A stretch of 64,000 nucleotides of DNA, from contig NC_058368.1 in NCBI RefSeq assembly GCF_018350175.1, forward strand, positions 57,476,001-57,540,000, in the 5' to 3' direction. The notes under the pieces are model-generated. The model ran no database searches, was not told the origin of the DNA, and saw only the letters and a program-made list of their open reading frames with translations. The stretch comes from Felis catus (lineage: Eukaryota). Position numbers and translations under genes: made by a program. Positions 22,142-35,320 of the stretch are shown here, piece after piece; within the stretch, counting starts at the first letter, position 1; each line of letters opens with the position of its first letter.

Positions 22142-24754
22142 ACTGCGGTAGTTCAATTTTCAACTTTTTGAGGAACCTCCATACTATTTTCCTGGGTGGC
22201 TGTGCCAGTTTGCATTCCTGCAATAGAGCAGGAGAATTTGTAGGTATTTTAGATACTAATATTAAACTAATTATCATAGTTAAATGTAATTTCAATAAAA
22301 GTTATATTCTCAGTAGGAGATACAAAATATTATTGAAAAGTGCCAGTATTTTATTTTGAAATACCATATATTTAATGTACATTCTGAGGAAACACTTGCT
22401 GCATTTTTTCTTAAATCTAACAATTTATTTTACAGCTATTTAGTATCAGTTCCTTAATTTTATTTAGACCAGATCTGAAATATCATTGTAGAGTAACATA
22501 TTTCATAGTTTTTATACCTTTTCACATATTTTCACAGTGGTTTGATTATTTAGGATAAATTCACAAGTTTTTATTTTATTATCATATGTAACTTTTTATG
22601 GTACCAATCCCAAGTTTTAGATTTTCATTATTCAATGTATATTTCTACATAAATTAATGTCTATATTCAAAAACTATATTTTTTAGCACTGAAGAAGTTT
22701 CTATATTATCTGTTTATTTTTTTAAACAAAAAAGTATATATCTAAACAAAAGTATATTATCTGATACCATTTTAAAACAAAATGGATTCCAAGCAAATAC
22801 ATGACTTGTACAAAGTTTGTCCTCGTCTTCATCCTCAAACAACCCTTGATACCAGCCATAGCCCTATATCTATTCCTGTTGTCTGCTGTTGATTTGGAAT
22901 AAAGGCCAAGATTAAACTTAGAAATTCTGGTAAGTATGGATAAAGACAATCAAAACTAGATCTGACTGGTCATGCTACAACCTGACATCATAAAGTTGCT
23001 TGGGATCACTAACATTATATTCAAAGTGACACTAAGTATGCGCTATTCAGATTACTTAGGATTGCTCTATAAACATGAGTATATTTAGGAAAAATATATT
23101 TTTAAAAGTCATGTTATTTTTATCTGCCTCATTTCAAAAAGAATTTTTAGAATGAAGTAAGAGTATATATATATATTTTTTAATTAGGGCAAAGAGAGCT
23201 GTGAAATTGTTACAAGTAAAGCAGCAGTTGCTACAGAGAAATTTATGTTGTCAAATAAAGAAAGCCTAACAATATCTAAACCTGGAAGACTACAGAATCA
23301 CACAATTTGTAAAGTCTACACAATAAAACAACAAGAAAAGCAAACATGCTCCAGTAGGTTTCTATGGAAGTCTCACCTGTAATCTTATATATGTATTACA
23401 CATTATGTACATAAGTAAAAATATTGTAAATACTACTGTCTCACTTTCTCTGTCTCCTTACCCTGTAATAGCTAAATTGTGGTTTTTAAAATATAATACA
23501 TACCATACAAGAAATCATTGTTTGTTTGTTTTTTAATTTTTAATCCCTTATTGTTAAACCTTATCCATTATGTTAGATTTCTTATTAGGACTATTTTTAT
23601 AATTTGTAATTATCTTCATTGCCGTTTCATTCTTTATTCAGGAATACTTTGGTAATGAAGAGAGAGAGCATTTGTGAATCACTAATTGGATTCCAAAGAG
23701 AGAAAAGACTGGGTAGGGCTTTCACTGAGCAGGTACTTTGAGTTCAGAGCAGACCCAGCCCTATCATGGCCAGTAACAGGCAAGGCATTTACCCTTTTAA
23801 ACTTAATTCTTCAACTGTGAAATGAAGGAAATATGCCTATTTCATACAACACTTCACCGTTGTAAAATTTCCTAGTGCCTTACAGGCAATCAATTTATGT
23901 TAGCAACTTTTATTTCCTTCAAAATAGGCATTCAATTTTAGACTTAAATTTAAGAAAAAAGAGAATCACAATACTTCTAAAAAGCATATAAAAATGTCTC
24001 CTAAAACTCAAATTATAAAGAAAAAAAAAAGCTTGCACATTGTAAGCACTTAACTCCTAATTACTTGATCATAAAAGAAAAACTATTTGTTCTCTTTGGG
24101 TATATAACTACATATCTGTAATAATTACTTTTAATTTGAAACTACAAATAGAAAAGAGAATCATTTTGTAAAACAAATATCCTAACAGAAGATTATTATG
24201 AAATGACACAAAACAGTGTCTTTACCCCTTTTAACCTCCTAAGAAATCTTTCAGTTTCCCTAAACCAGCTTATTTGGAAACATTTGAGTCACTTTCAGTC
24301 ACACAAAAGAAATCCAGCACAGTTTTTGCTGTTGTCCCTGGAAACTGCAGGACTAATTCCCTATGCAGTACACATAAAATGTAACTCATAGTGTCCAGTT
24401 TGGTTTTATCTGATGAAGTGAAGCAGAGAAAATAGAGTATGTGAGTGTTAGCATTGCTTGCTTGCTAGCAAACACAAGATTTTTAGCTTCCTGAATTATT
24501 TAGAGGTATTTGGGGTGTGTGTGTGTACATACATATTTCCTCCTCTTCCCACCCTTGTTTCATGAGTACAAAACAATAAAAGCTAGAAAAGCGATTCACA
24601 ATGCAGTCTGATGCTGGCATGAGAATACAGTTATCCTACTTGAAATTTTAGTGACATAATACCAAATCAACTGTGTTAAATGGTTTTGTATGACAAGAGT
24701 AACAGTGACTATTTTTGTACAGCAAAAAAAAAAAATCATTGTGCCCTTTTGCAG

Positions 24755-24819
24755 CAGAGATGGGAACTGCAGAGTACTAACAGCATTATTTCTTCTCTAA
24801 CAAGCCACACATGTCTGAG
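24755..24819 (+). other. Candidate exon (unverified; host gene unknown)
   Basis: ccttttgcag acceptor (tandem CAGCAG) and strong GAG|GTAAGA donor inside a repeat-poor segment. Confidence 0.3.
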
Positions 24820-25399
24820 GTAAGACCGCAGATGTTGATTTGCTTTGTCTTGCCTTATCTAGCAAAAATAACAGTGGCTTTACTTCTAGTCTCATTGGAA
24901 TAGGACAATTGTCATCAAACAATAGTAAGTGGTGAAATACTGCTTCTCTTATTTAGATCCAATAGAGCCTAGGACCTATATGCCATTATAATGAATGCAA
25001 ATTAGTGTGTAGGGTGTAATTTGTGTCAGACTATGGTCTTTTTTTCCCCTAGCAGTTTGTGACAGTCACAACCATTTTTTAATACTGTTAGAACTTCTGT
25101 TTTCAATTCTTTTTTGTGCTACCCGATCCATTCATTTACTCTTCAGATGACAAACTTAAAGTAAATGAAATGGAAGAAAAAAATCAACTTAATAGCAACA
25201 TTGAAGGGAATCGTATCTTATACCCCCCACTACTAGAATAAGCTTCTTTCTCCTACATACTGGAAGAAGTGAATTATCTTATCAGCTATTGAAAATGTCT
25301 ATTTTACTACAGTATTTTGTTTAGGAGGGCATACTTTTTCCCTGTCCAAAATTTATCACCGTCTACATCAAAATGTTGTGGCAAGTGTCAAGTACATTT

Positions 25400-25467
25400 T
25401 TTTTAATTTATTTTTAAGTTTATTTGTTTATTTTCAGACAGGCAGCCACAGTGCGAGTGGGGGAGGA

Positions 25468-25507
<40 letters not shown>

Positions 25508-25636
25508 TCACAAGCAGGCTCTGCAGCATCAGCTCAGAGTCTGATGCAGGGCTTGAACTCACAAAACTCTGAGATCATGACATGAGCTGAAACCAAGAGT
25601 CAGATGCGTAACAGACTTGAGCCACCCAGGCGCCCA
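25400..25636 (-). mobile_element. Can-SINE
   Basis: TSD tgtcaagtacattt at 25386-25399 and 25637-25650. Confidence 0.95.
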
Positions 25637-26701
25637 TGTCAAGTACATTTAAACCTCCTGTTTTGTTTTTTGGCCATCTATTGAACAAGTAAACCAGCAG
25701 AATTAGCAATACAAAAATATATTTCTTCTAGACAGTTATTAGAAACTATTTCTTCTGGTTAGTTGGAAAATACAGTATTTTTAAGATAAACATGGGATTT
25801 AAGAGAACAAATTGAAATCAACCCTAGAAGGGGTGAATGGGGAGTGACAGGGGTACTGTTTTTTGGTGCCAAATAAATGTTACTAGTTAAACTGTATAAA
25901 ATTTATATATTTATAAAAATAGGGCAGCTGGTCAAATAAATGATTCTTAATAAAAATTTGTTACCTTAGTCAACAAATGATAATTATATACCCATTATAA
26001 GCCAAGTCTTTTTCCAAATGTTGGGATAAAAACAGAATAATTTCCTAGAAAAGTGTTTTGTAAACATGAAGAGGAATACAAGGTGTGGCGATGGGGGGGA
26101 GATGTCTGTTAAGGTATAGCATTTGGCTTGAGAATTAAATTTTGAGTAGAAAATATTATAAAGGTCACTAAACAGGGTATTAGAAAGTTGAAAAAACATG
26201 TGCAATGGTCATTAGCGCATTAACAAATCTGTGGTGAATAACGCAGAAAAGATAAGCAGTAAGTGTGGCTAATAAGCAATGGTATATGGGAGTACACAGT
26301 CTAAGTTAGCACAGTTGTTCCCAGGCCCTTGAAGTCCCCAAGACATTTAAGGGAATGTGCAGAGTCAAAAAGATTTTTAAAACAATGCAAAGACATTATT
26401 TTCCCTTTTTACTATTTTATGGTACAAAAACAATAGTGGGTAAATCTGTTAGTATTTTTGTAAAAAGGCAGAAAAATCAAACTGTATTAATAGTCTTTGT
26501 ATTCTTCAGTGCCATGCAGTTGTAGTAATATAAAATGCCAGTTTCAATTAGGAATGTCCATGAAGTAGTTAAAAATTACCAATTTTCTTAAACCTCACAA
26601 TTTTTAAATATTCTGATTATTTAAATGAAAAATATACTCAAAACCTTTCTGTTGTAAACCAAAGTATAACTGTCTCAAGGAAAAGCACTTGAGGGATTTT
26701 T

Positions 26702-26718
26702 AAAAAAAAAATTTAAAC

Positions 26719-26771
<53 letters not shown>

Positions 26772-26956
26772 AAGTTTATTTATTTATTTTGAGAGAGACA
26801 GAGACTGTTCAAGTTGGGGAGGGGAGGGAATCCCAAGCAGGCTTGGGGCTGCCACTGCAGAGCCTGATGTGGGGCTTGAACCCACAAAACTACAAGATCA
26901 TGACCTAAGCCAAACCAAGAGTCACATGCTTAACTGACTGAGCTACCCAGGCACCC
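26702..26956 (-). mobile_element. Can-SINE with (TTTA)n tail
   Basis: Body ends agctacccaggcaccc and abuts the tail of the next SINE. Confidence 0.9.
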
Positions 26957-26959
26957 TGG

Positions 26960-27197
26960 TTTTTTAAATTTTTTTTTAATCTTTAAAAAAATTTTAATGC
27001 TTATTTTTGAGAGAGAGAGAGAGGCAGAGCATGGGTGGGGGAGGGACAGAGAGAGAGAGGGAGACACAGAATGTGAAGCAGGCTCCAGGCTCTGAGATGT
27101 CAGCACAGAGCCCCACACAGGGCTTGAACTCATGAACCATGAAATCATGACCTGAGCTGAAGTAGGATGTTTAATGAACTGAGCCACCCAGGCGCCC
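26960..27197 (-). mobile_element. Can-SINE
   Basis: Full body ending gagccacccaggcgccc. Confidence 0.95.
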
Positions 27198-27980
27198 TAG
27201 ATATTTAAAATTTTAAATGAACTTCTTTTATCATGGAACACAATTTTTAATTGAAAGAATGATTGTCAGTAAAACTATGGTTATTCTGAATATGACCCTA
27301 AGTGAACTTATCTATTTAAGGTCATTAGCAGTATTTGTGGCAATGATAAAACCCATACTTTCAAGTAAAAATCAGATTTTAGAAAATTTGTATCTGCCAC
27401 AATGAGAGTGAAACTTCCACAGGAATACAGCTGTTTCTAAAATTTGTGATTCTTTTAGTATATGCAATTTTTGACATTGTAATAAAATACACTAACATTT
27501 GGAAATCTGCAAAAACCAGTAAACCACTATTTCTTAAATGATCAATGAATGATATTACAAAACCTTATATGATTAACAGCTCTAATCCAGGTGCTATATA
27601 GACCACTGGAGTTTTAAATAGCAGATAATGAACAATTTATTGAGGTGCTTTTAGATTCCACACTGCAATTAACCTTTAAGAAATGACCACTTGTTGAGTT
27701 TTGGTGTAGTATCAACAAAGACTATACACAATTATATGAAAGGTTATTGACATATTCATTCTTTTTCTAATTGCATATTTTGGTTAGCTCATATTTTGTC
27801 CATGAGGTTAAAAAAAATGCAGCAGACTGAATACAGAAGCAGATATGAGAATTGATTTGTCAATTATTAAGCCAGATGTTATAGAGATTGGCAAAAATGA
27901 AAAATAATGCCAGTATATTGTTTTAAAAAATGGTAACTTAATTATTCGTGTTAACAAGCAATTAGTTTATTAACGTTATT

Positions 27981-28163
27981 TTGTTGTTGTTTTATTTTTG
28001 AGAGAGACAGCATGAGCATGGGAGAGGCAGAGAGAGAGCGAGACACAGGGTTCAAAGTGGACTTTGCACTGACAGCAAGTGCAATGTAGGGTTCAAGCTC
28101 ACAAACCGCAAGATCATGACCTGAGCCAAAGTCAGAGACTCAACTGAGTCACCTAGGGGCCAC
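27981..28163 (-). mobile_element. Can-SINE (older)
   Basis: TSD tattaacgtt(a/g)ttt starting at 27968 and 28164. Confidence 0.9.
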
Positions 28164-28599
28164 TATTAACGTTGTTTAAAAACAACTAACATATTGATAG
28201 ATATAGTCACATAGGCAAAATATTTGTGGAGTGCCTAACACTTTTTTAAGGGGGCCAAGGAGTCCTAAGACCCCAATGTCTAATGCCTACTGCTGTAGAA
28301 TACTTTTGGTAATAAATTCACTTTGATTAGATAGGCTTAAGTTGTATACCTTCCCCTCATTAATCCTTGTAGTCAAGGATGTAACATGTGTTGGCAAGAC
28401 TTTTTGCTTTTGTTTTTTAGTTTCATTTTCTTGGCCTGGTAGAGTCACTTTTTCCAGAACTCTAAGAATCCTCCATAGAAAAGAAAGAAAATGATCCTAG
28501 AAAGGCAGCGAAATAATCCATTGTGCTATATTAATGAGCTTACACTAAATAAAGTAAAAGGTTGTACATTTTTAAGTGGAAATGCCATAAATTAACTTG

Positions 28600-28960
28600 T
28601 GGTTTTTCTAAATTGTTTAGGCTGCTGTATGGAGAATGGGTTGTTGGAACTAAGTGTGAAATCAGAGAGGCCAGTTGAGATCCTACTGTAGTGCACAGTG
28701 TAGGCAACAGTATGTTAACATAGAGATTAACAACAGTGACGCAGAGAGGCAAACTGATTTCCTCTATATTTGAGATTTTACCAAAAACATGTATTGCTTA
28801 TTTGGATTTTAGGTTGAGGGAAAGAGCAAAATGGTATTTAAGTCTGACCTTAAGCTCCAGAGAGTTTGGGTGATACTATGCCTCAAGATGGATAAGAACA
28901 TGGGTTTTGTTTTAAGCATGCTAAGATTGAGGTAACTATTAAATATAGATATATAGAGAT
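28600..28960 (-). mobile_element. L2 fragment
   Basis: Antisense L2 motif ggctgctgtatggagaatgg...agaggccagttgaga. Confidence 0.6.
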
Positions 28961-29206
28961 ATTGTCTATATGTGTTCCTTTCAACTTCACAATATGTCTA
29001 AAAAAGTTCATAGTATGCAAAAAAAATGACAATATGGTGCCATATCAACAAAACAGAGATTAAGATACCTAATGACCAGTTAATATTAAATCCACTACTT
29101 TCTCTTTTTAGCCTTTAAATATCTTTATATGAAAATGTAATTACTTAAGCTTCCAACTCTACCTGTCCCATACAATAAATATTCATTAAAAAATATATAT
29201 ATACAT

Positions 29207-29421
29207 TTTAAATTTTTTTTTTCAACATTTATTTATTTTTGGGACAGAGACAGAGCGTGAACAGGGGAGGGGCAGAGAGAGAGGGAGACACAGAATCGGA
29301 AACAGGCTCCAGGCTCTGAGCCATCAGCCCAGAGCCCGACGCGGGGCTCGAACTCAACGGACCGCGAGATCGTGACCTGGCTGAAGTCGGACGCTCAACC
29401 GACTGCGCCACCCAGGCGCCC
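29207..29421 (-). mobile_element. Young SINEC_Fc-type SINE
   Basis: CpG-rich body; flanking repeat aaaatatatat. Confidence 0.95.
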
Positions 29422-29891
29422 TAAAATATATATTTTATATCAATATATGTGGTATCCATTATGTGCCATGCACCACTCATTAATTAGCATATAAATATCT
29501 AATTTTAGAATATGTAATTGATAGTTATTCCTGAAGACATGTATCCTCTCTGGGAAGTTAAAAATTAATTGCAATGGTAACCATAATAAAAATTACATGT
29601 TCTTTTCTTCACTTACTTCACAACTATATTTTCTTTGTCCAACACTGATTAGACACTATGCTATATATTGAGTAGACAGTGGTGAATGCATGAAGATTAT
29701 AATTTGGTGTGCTATGAATACTGATTGACAACTTTACAAGTAAGATCAAACAGATAACTAGAAGATATGTAATGCAAGAAAGAATATGAGGCAGATTTGA
29801 AACCACCACTCTTTAGAATCAAATCAAATTGGTTTGGTTTGTCTATATATGCAACTTTAATACATCTAATCTAAGATGATGACATCTAGCC

Positions 29892-30082
29892 CAGTGTTCT
29901 TCAACCTAAGCACTACTGACACTTCCGACCAGAAAATTCTTTGTTGTGAGGGCTGTCAGGTATTTTATAGGATGTTTAGCAGCATCCCTGGTCTCTACTC
30001 TCTAGATACCAGCAGCAGTTCTCTGGTTGTGGCAACCAAAAATGTCTCCAGGTTTTATCAAAGTCCTGTGGGAGAACTGTCC
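29892..30082 (-). mobile_element. MER20
   Basis: ggatgtttagcagcatccctgg...caaccaaaaatgtctccag; a reverse-complement relative of 3173-3403. Confidence 0.85.
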
Positions 30083-31108
30083 TAATACGACCTTCAAGAT
30101 CAATTCCGCATTTCTTGCAACTACAGTCTAGATAATTGACCATGTATGCCTCTCTAAAGAAAATATTCTACATCAACTCATTAATATTCTCCATAATGTA
30201 AAAATCAGAAGATAATTTGACAACCAATAGGGCCACCAGAATTATCTAAGGATAGATTTTTAAAGCCTAAAAAATTATGATTTATCTAAGATTACACCAA
30301 GAGTTTGGATAGAGTTAGCACTAAAATGCATGAATCCCAAATTCTTATTCTGTGTTCTTTCTACTAGAACTCTGATGTTATACGTGCCCAGTTCTCATAA
30401 TGGTGCTATTAATTATTTAGTCTCTAAGAATCAATGTGTCTCATTGGATACATTTTTACTTCTATTTTTAAAACCTGTTTACACATCCCCTACCTCCCAT
30501 CAAATTAATCAAAGAAATTTGTGAGCTATTCTAAATATCATTTTAGAACATTCATTATTATAACTACTTCTCATTAACATTCCTATTGATGCTCCCCCCA
30601 TAACCTGTAACTTCTATGTTTAGGTCCATCAGTAACTTCATCTTTGCTCATTGGTATTAGGTTCCAAATTGTTTTGTCTTTCCTCTCTTGTCCTTCAATT
30701 ATATACCAGACCACCACTAGATGAATCTTAAAATACAACTGTAATTATAACATTCTTCTATTCCTAAGTGTTAAATAATTCCTCCAATTCTAGAGAACAC
30801 ATTTTAGGTTATATGGTCTTTTTAACTCAAATTCTTTTTCGGTTTAAGGACCTTTATAATCTATTTGTAGGCAAATCACCACTTATCATCAAGATTTTTA
30901 TTCTAGCAGAATTACTCTAATCTAAAAAAAAACTTAAGCACTCTATTGTGAAGATTTTCTTACATTGTTTCCTATTCCAGAGTAGCTCATTTCCTCCACC
31001 TGTCCTAATTCTATCCTTTTTTTTTTTTCAAGCACAAGAGCTTCTCTGTACTATGAAAACTAGCCTATTCTCCCACCCCACAATAATGTCTCTCTCTTCT
31101 GGGACATC

Positions 31109-31110
<2 letters not shown>

Positions 31111-31158
<48 letters not shown>
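31111..31158. repeat. (TG)24 microsatellite
   Basis: Direct reading. Confidence 0.97.
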
Positions 31159-31161
<3 letters not shown>

Positions 31162-31196
31162 TTTTTTCGCTTATTTTCAATGAAGAATTTATTGCT

Positions 31197-31432
31197 GGGG
31201 CACCTGGGTGACTCAGTCAGTTAAGTGTCCAACTCTAGATTTCAGCTCATGTCATGATCTCACAGTTTGTGAGTTCAAACCCTGCGTCTGGCTCTGTGCT
31301 GGCGGTGTGGAGCTTACTTGGGATTCCCTTTGTCTCTCTCTCTCTCTCTCTGTCTCTGTCTGTCTGTCTCTCTCTCTCTGTTTCTGTCCCTCCCCGATTC
31401 CCTCTGTCTCTCAAATAAATATACTTTTAAAA
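31197..31432 (+). mobile_element. Can-SINE
   Basis: ggggcacctgggtgactcagtcagttaag head, CT tract, tail. Confidence 0.93.
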
Positions 31433-31468
31433 AAGTATTGATTATCATACAATATCTCTTACAATTAT

Positions 31469-31906
31469 TTTCTTAGACCAACTTCTGAGACAAAAATTTG
31501 CATGCAAATTGAAGCAGTCAGGCAGAAGTGTTATTTGAGATGAACACACAGCTTCACTTGGATCCCCTGGAGATCTCTGGCATGTAAAACATGGAGTAAG
31601 TTTATCCCATTCCTAGGTAAGTGAGTTGAATTTCCATAATTTCCATAATACTGTAGCAGGCATTCAGTGTTTAGTAATACCAAGGTACTCTGAGGGAGTA
31701 GGGTCAAAATGGGAGTGGGATTTAACTCTCATCATGTTTGGCTCTAGGCTTCTCTGAGTCATGCAGCCTTAGTAGCACAGTGATAATCTACCAAAGATGG
31801 AAGAGGCCAGACAGTAGAAACCGACTCCTCAAAGGTAGAAGACAGACACACAGACTTTAAAAGAAATCGCAGAGGATCTGGACAAAGCAACAGAGGTCTT
31901 TGCACA
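31469..31906 (-). mobile_element. LTR33-like ERVL solo LTR
   Basis: ctgagacaaaaatttgcatgcaa, ggatcccctggagatctctgg and the end ggatctggacaaagcaacaga...gcaca resemble antisense LTR33. Confidence 0.55.
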
Positions 31907-33159
31907 TGTCATTTTAATAACTGCAGAGCTGTTAACAATCCATTTATTCCTTCTCTGTTTCAACAGATTATAAGGATTGGACAGTCGGTTTGTTTTACAT
32001 TCTGTTCTTTGGACATGCTTTGTCCAAAGTAAGCACTGAACACAGCCATTACTTAGTATTTGTTAACTTATTTCAAATTAATTAGCACTTTTCTTTTATA
32101 TGATACTATGCTTAGGTTGAAGTAGGTAATAGGCTTTTTTTACAGTAATGTGTAAAATGAGAAACCGTTGTTATTTGCCCATTTGGGTTTCATTTTCTCA
32201 CTTACATACTAGAATCCTGGGGCTTCTGTAGGAAAATAATTGCCAACATTTTCAGTTTGCCATATAAAGTATTTGGCACTCTTCAGAACTTCTCTTCTTG
32301 GATAATTTAGGATCTCCCCTTTATGTTTATTCCTTAAGACTGATATTCTGTCTCTTCCAGCTAGTGTGTCTGCCACAAACCATTGGCAAATTAGAATGTC
32401 AGTTCTTTTTCAGGATATTTCAATTATAGCTCCTTCAAGTCCTTCACTTGGTGAAGACAAAACTTATCATGCATATTGTTTCAACTTTTTATATGTGACA
32501 CTATAGATTTTTATTGAAAAATCATTTTTTCTTTTAGATTTTACTATAGTGACTGTAGCTATAGTGAGGATGTTTATCCAGAAAAAAAATGCAATGTTTT
32601 GAGTGAACATTTCATTTTTATTGCAAATCTATCTTTATCAATACATAATTAATTTATGTCTAACTTACCTTCTTGAATAGAGAATATTCTAATAAACACA
32701 AATAATGTAGAAGATTGTTTCAAAAGGTGATGACATTTTTTTAATCTAATGACACTGCCCAGCCTTGAATATTATTAATCAAATTTGTTTCCTTAAGGTG
32801 CAATCATGTAAATGATGAGCTGTTCTCACAAGCTTGAATAATTTCATAACTCACTGAAAATCATCTCATTATTAGATGAAACTTAAGAATTCTTTTAAAA
32901 AGGCAAAAGATTCATTTTCTGTAAAATCTGCAATGTTTTGTTTTATATGAATAACATTATATTTATATTTCTCTTTATTAGCAGATAATTTTGATAAACC
33001 ATTCAAACTGCACAATAATCAGCCTGTTAAGTGTTTCAGTGTCAACTGTAGGCCCTTCCTGGTTGTTTGCATTATTTGTGAATATAATCATTGTAAGTAT
33101 ATAAATGTGTATACAAATCGATGCACATACTATATGTGCATACACGCACACTCAAGTTT

Positions 33160-33497
33160 TGGAGGGGTGTGGAAATGAGATATTGGTCAAAGGGTACAAA
33201 CTTTCAGCTATAAGATGAACAAATTCTGGGGATCTAATGGATAGTATGGTGACTGTGGTTAATAACACTGCATTGTATACATGAAAGTTGCTAAGAAAGT
33301 AGATCTCAAGTGTTCTCACCATACATGTGTAAGAAAAAAAAAGATAACTATGAGAAACAATGGATGTGTTAATTAGGTTGATGATGGTAGATAATCAGTT
33401 CACAATGTATGGGTATATCAAATCATCACATTGCATACTTAAAAATATAGTCTTTATTTGTCAATTATACCTCAATAAATCTTGAAATAAAATATAA
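33160..33497 (+). mobile_element. L1MA8/9-like 3' end
   Basis: ttggtcaaagggtacaaactttcag...ttgctaagaaagtagatct...tttgtcaattatacctcaataaa. Confidence 0.85.
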
Positions 33498-34577
33498 GTG
33501 ACTAAAAAACAGAATAAGATTAAAATTCAGATTAGGGAAGAAAACTCAACATAATGACATACTCAAAGATAAAAAAAGGGGACCACCTAGGGTGAAAATC
33601 ATGATAGCAAAAGAGAAACTGACTTTGGGCTAGATTTGAGAGGAAAGACATTATAAGTGTTGCCAGAAGTGTTCCGACACTCCATTGCACAACAGTAAAT
33701 TCTAGTATTCCATGTAAGGCCGTACTCAGTGGCATTTTTCCATCTTACCTCCCAGATTTCTTCATTACTTTTCTTCCTAAACCCTAGGCTCAATGGTAGA
33801 CATTTATATCTTAACTTGTTTTACTTTTTTTATTCTCCTCTTCCTTTTTTTTTTAACTTTCCCTTCCATCTGAAATAAGATCTATTTCTTTTGTGCACTC
33901 TCTAATCTCTTGACTGCCCTAGAAGTATAATATAGGAGAGAAGGAAAAAAATTACTAGCAGTCAAACAAACTAGAGTCTAGTGAATTAATTCTATCATTA
34001 ACTGGCCATATTCTTCTATTTGTAAAAGTAGGAAAACCATACCTGTTATGATTAACTCTTGATATTTTGTGATTTTCAAGTAAGATTACATGTGTGAAAT
34101 CAATTTGAAAAGAGCAAAGTTTTACTAGATGAACCAAGACAAATATACCTTATTCATGAAGTATTTCTGTGTCCTACATCTAAGAAAACTATTTTTCCTT
34201 TTGGGCTCCAAAAGCTTTTAATTTATATCTCCATTATAGTAGTTGTGGTATAGGACTCAAAATACCCTGCATTAGATAAGATGCCCTTTGAAGTTATGGG
34301 CATTATCTATTATTCCACTCATGGCTTTTCAATGTTACCCAGTGCACAACTTCCACTAGGTAAAAGTTTATTGAATAGGAAATTTTGGATTATGTTTTGC
34401 CTTTATTGCTCACACTGCCCTTAAGCATATACTACTGGGTATTTCTGCATTTCCCTTTTCTTTCCCCTTATGCTGGTTTAAAAGTTGACAATGTTGAACG
34501 TTATCAGAGGTCTATGATCCTGGACACCAGTAATGATTAAAGAAATGTTCCTATCCTTTATGTTCCCAGAATGATTT

Positions 34578-34825
34578 ATTTTTTTAATATTTATTTATTT
34601 GAGAGACAGAGAGACAGAGACAGAGACAAAGAGACTGCATGTGAGCAGGGGAGGGGCAGAGGGAGAGAGTGAGAGAGAGAATCCTAAACAGGCTCTGTGA
34701 TGTCAGCACAGAGCTTGACACGGAGGTGGATCTCAGAAACCTGTGAGATCATGACTGGAGCCCAAATCAAGAAATCAATAGCCTCATCAATCAATGCTTA
34801 ACCAACTGAGCCACCCAGGTGTCCC
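34578..34825 (-). mobile_element. Can-SINE at the 5' edge of an LTR
   Basis: Full body; flanking repeat containing atgattta. Confidence 0.9.
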
Positions 34826-34840
34826 TACCTCCCCCAAGTA

Positions 34841-35320
34841 TGATTTAGATAAGACTCAAAGATTCTTCCCTTGTTTGCCTGTGGTAAAGCCAAATACATA
34901 TCCTCCAAACTCCATTCTTTGCATCATAAATGATTAGCTGAATAGTTTGTGCCCACTGACCAATCTGGACAAAACATCTGACTAGACTAAACTTTGATGA
35001 CGCTTCTTCTCTTCTCCCAGGGAATTCTGGCCCATGCTCAGCCTGATCCACCATACAGCCCCTCCTCAACAGCCCTTCTTGGAAACTGGTCAAAACTTCC
35101 CCTGATCAACTGTCTGATCATGCCACCTACTCCCTCACATCTGGTTTTTCTAGTCTTGTTTACTCCTCCCTGTCAAAGAAAACAAACACTTGCAGACTGT
35201 ATGGTCAGAGCATCTTCTCTGTTACAATAATCCTTCCCCTATTCATCCCTCTCCCCCATGTCCATCATTCTTTCCAGTAAAGCTCTTCCTTACCTAAGTC
35301 CACATTTGTTTTATTTGACA
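34841..35320 (+). mobile_element. ERV1-class solo LTR (MER67/MER31-like)
   Basis: TG...CA ends; cataaatgattagctgaa, ccactgaccaatctggacaaaa, and the 3' end ccttacctaagtccacatttgttttatttgaca. Confidence 0.7.

Larger units (their letters stand above)
21365..22235 (-). mobile_element. LINE-1 ORF2 C-terminal fragment hosting two SINEs and a TATATC-like expansion
   Basis: tttatccattcatcagctgatggaca...ttgaggaacctccatact...ccagtttgcattcc are collinear with the L1 at 13.1-13.35 kb. Confidence 0.9.
26312..28292 (+). mobile_element. Charlie1a-like hAT DNA transposon (decayed), split by three SINEs
   Basis: tgtctcaaggaaaagcacttg, ccacttgttgagttttggtgtagtatcaa and gaagcagatatgagaat...attaagccaga match recalled Charlie1 transposase sequence; both degenerate ends are present. 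Confidence 0.85.

Noticed and set aside
24811..24830. MSEV start resembling the dystrophin Purkinje isoform N-terminus (MSEVSSD)
   Set aside because: The residues after MSEV (RPQ) do not match; four codons are not evidence.
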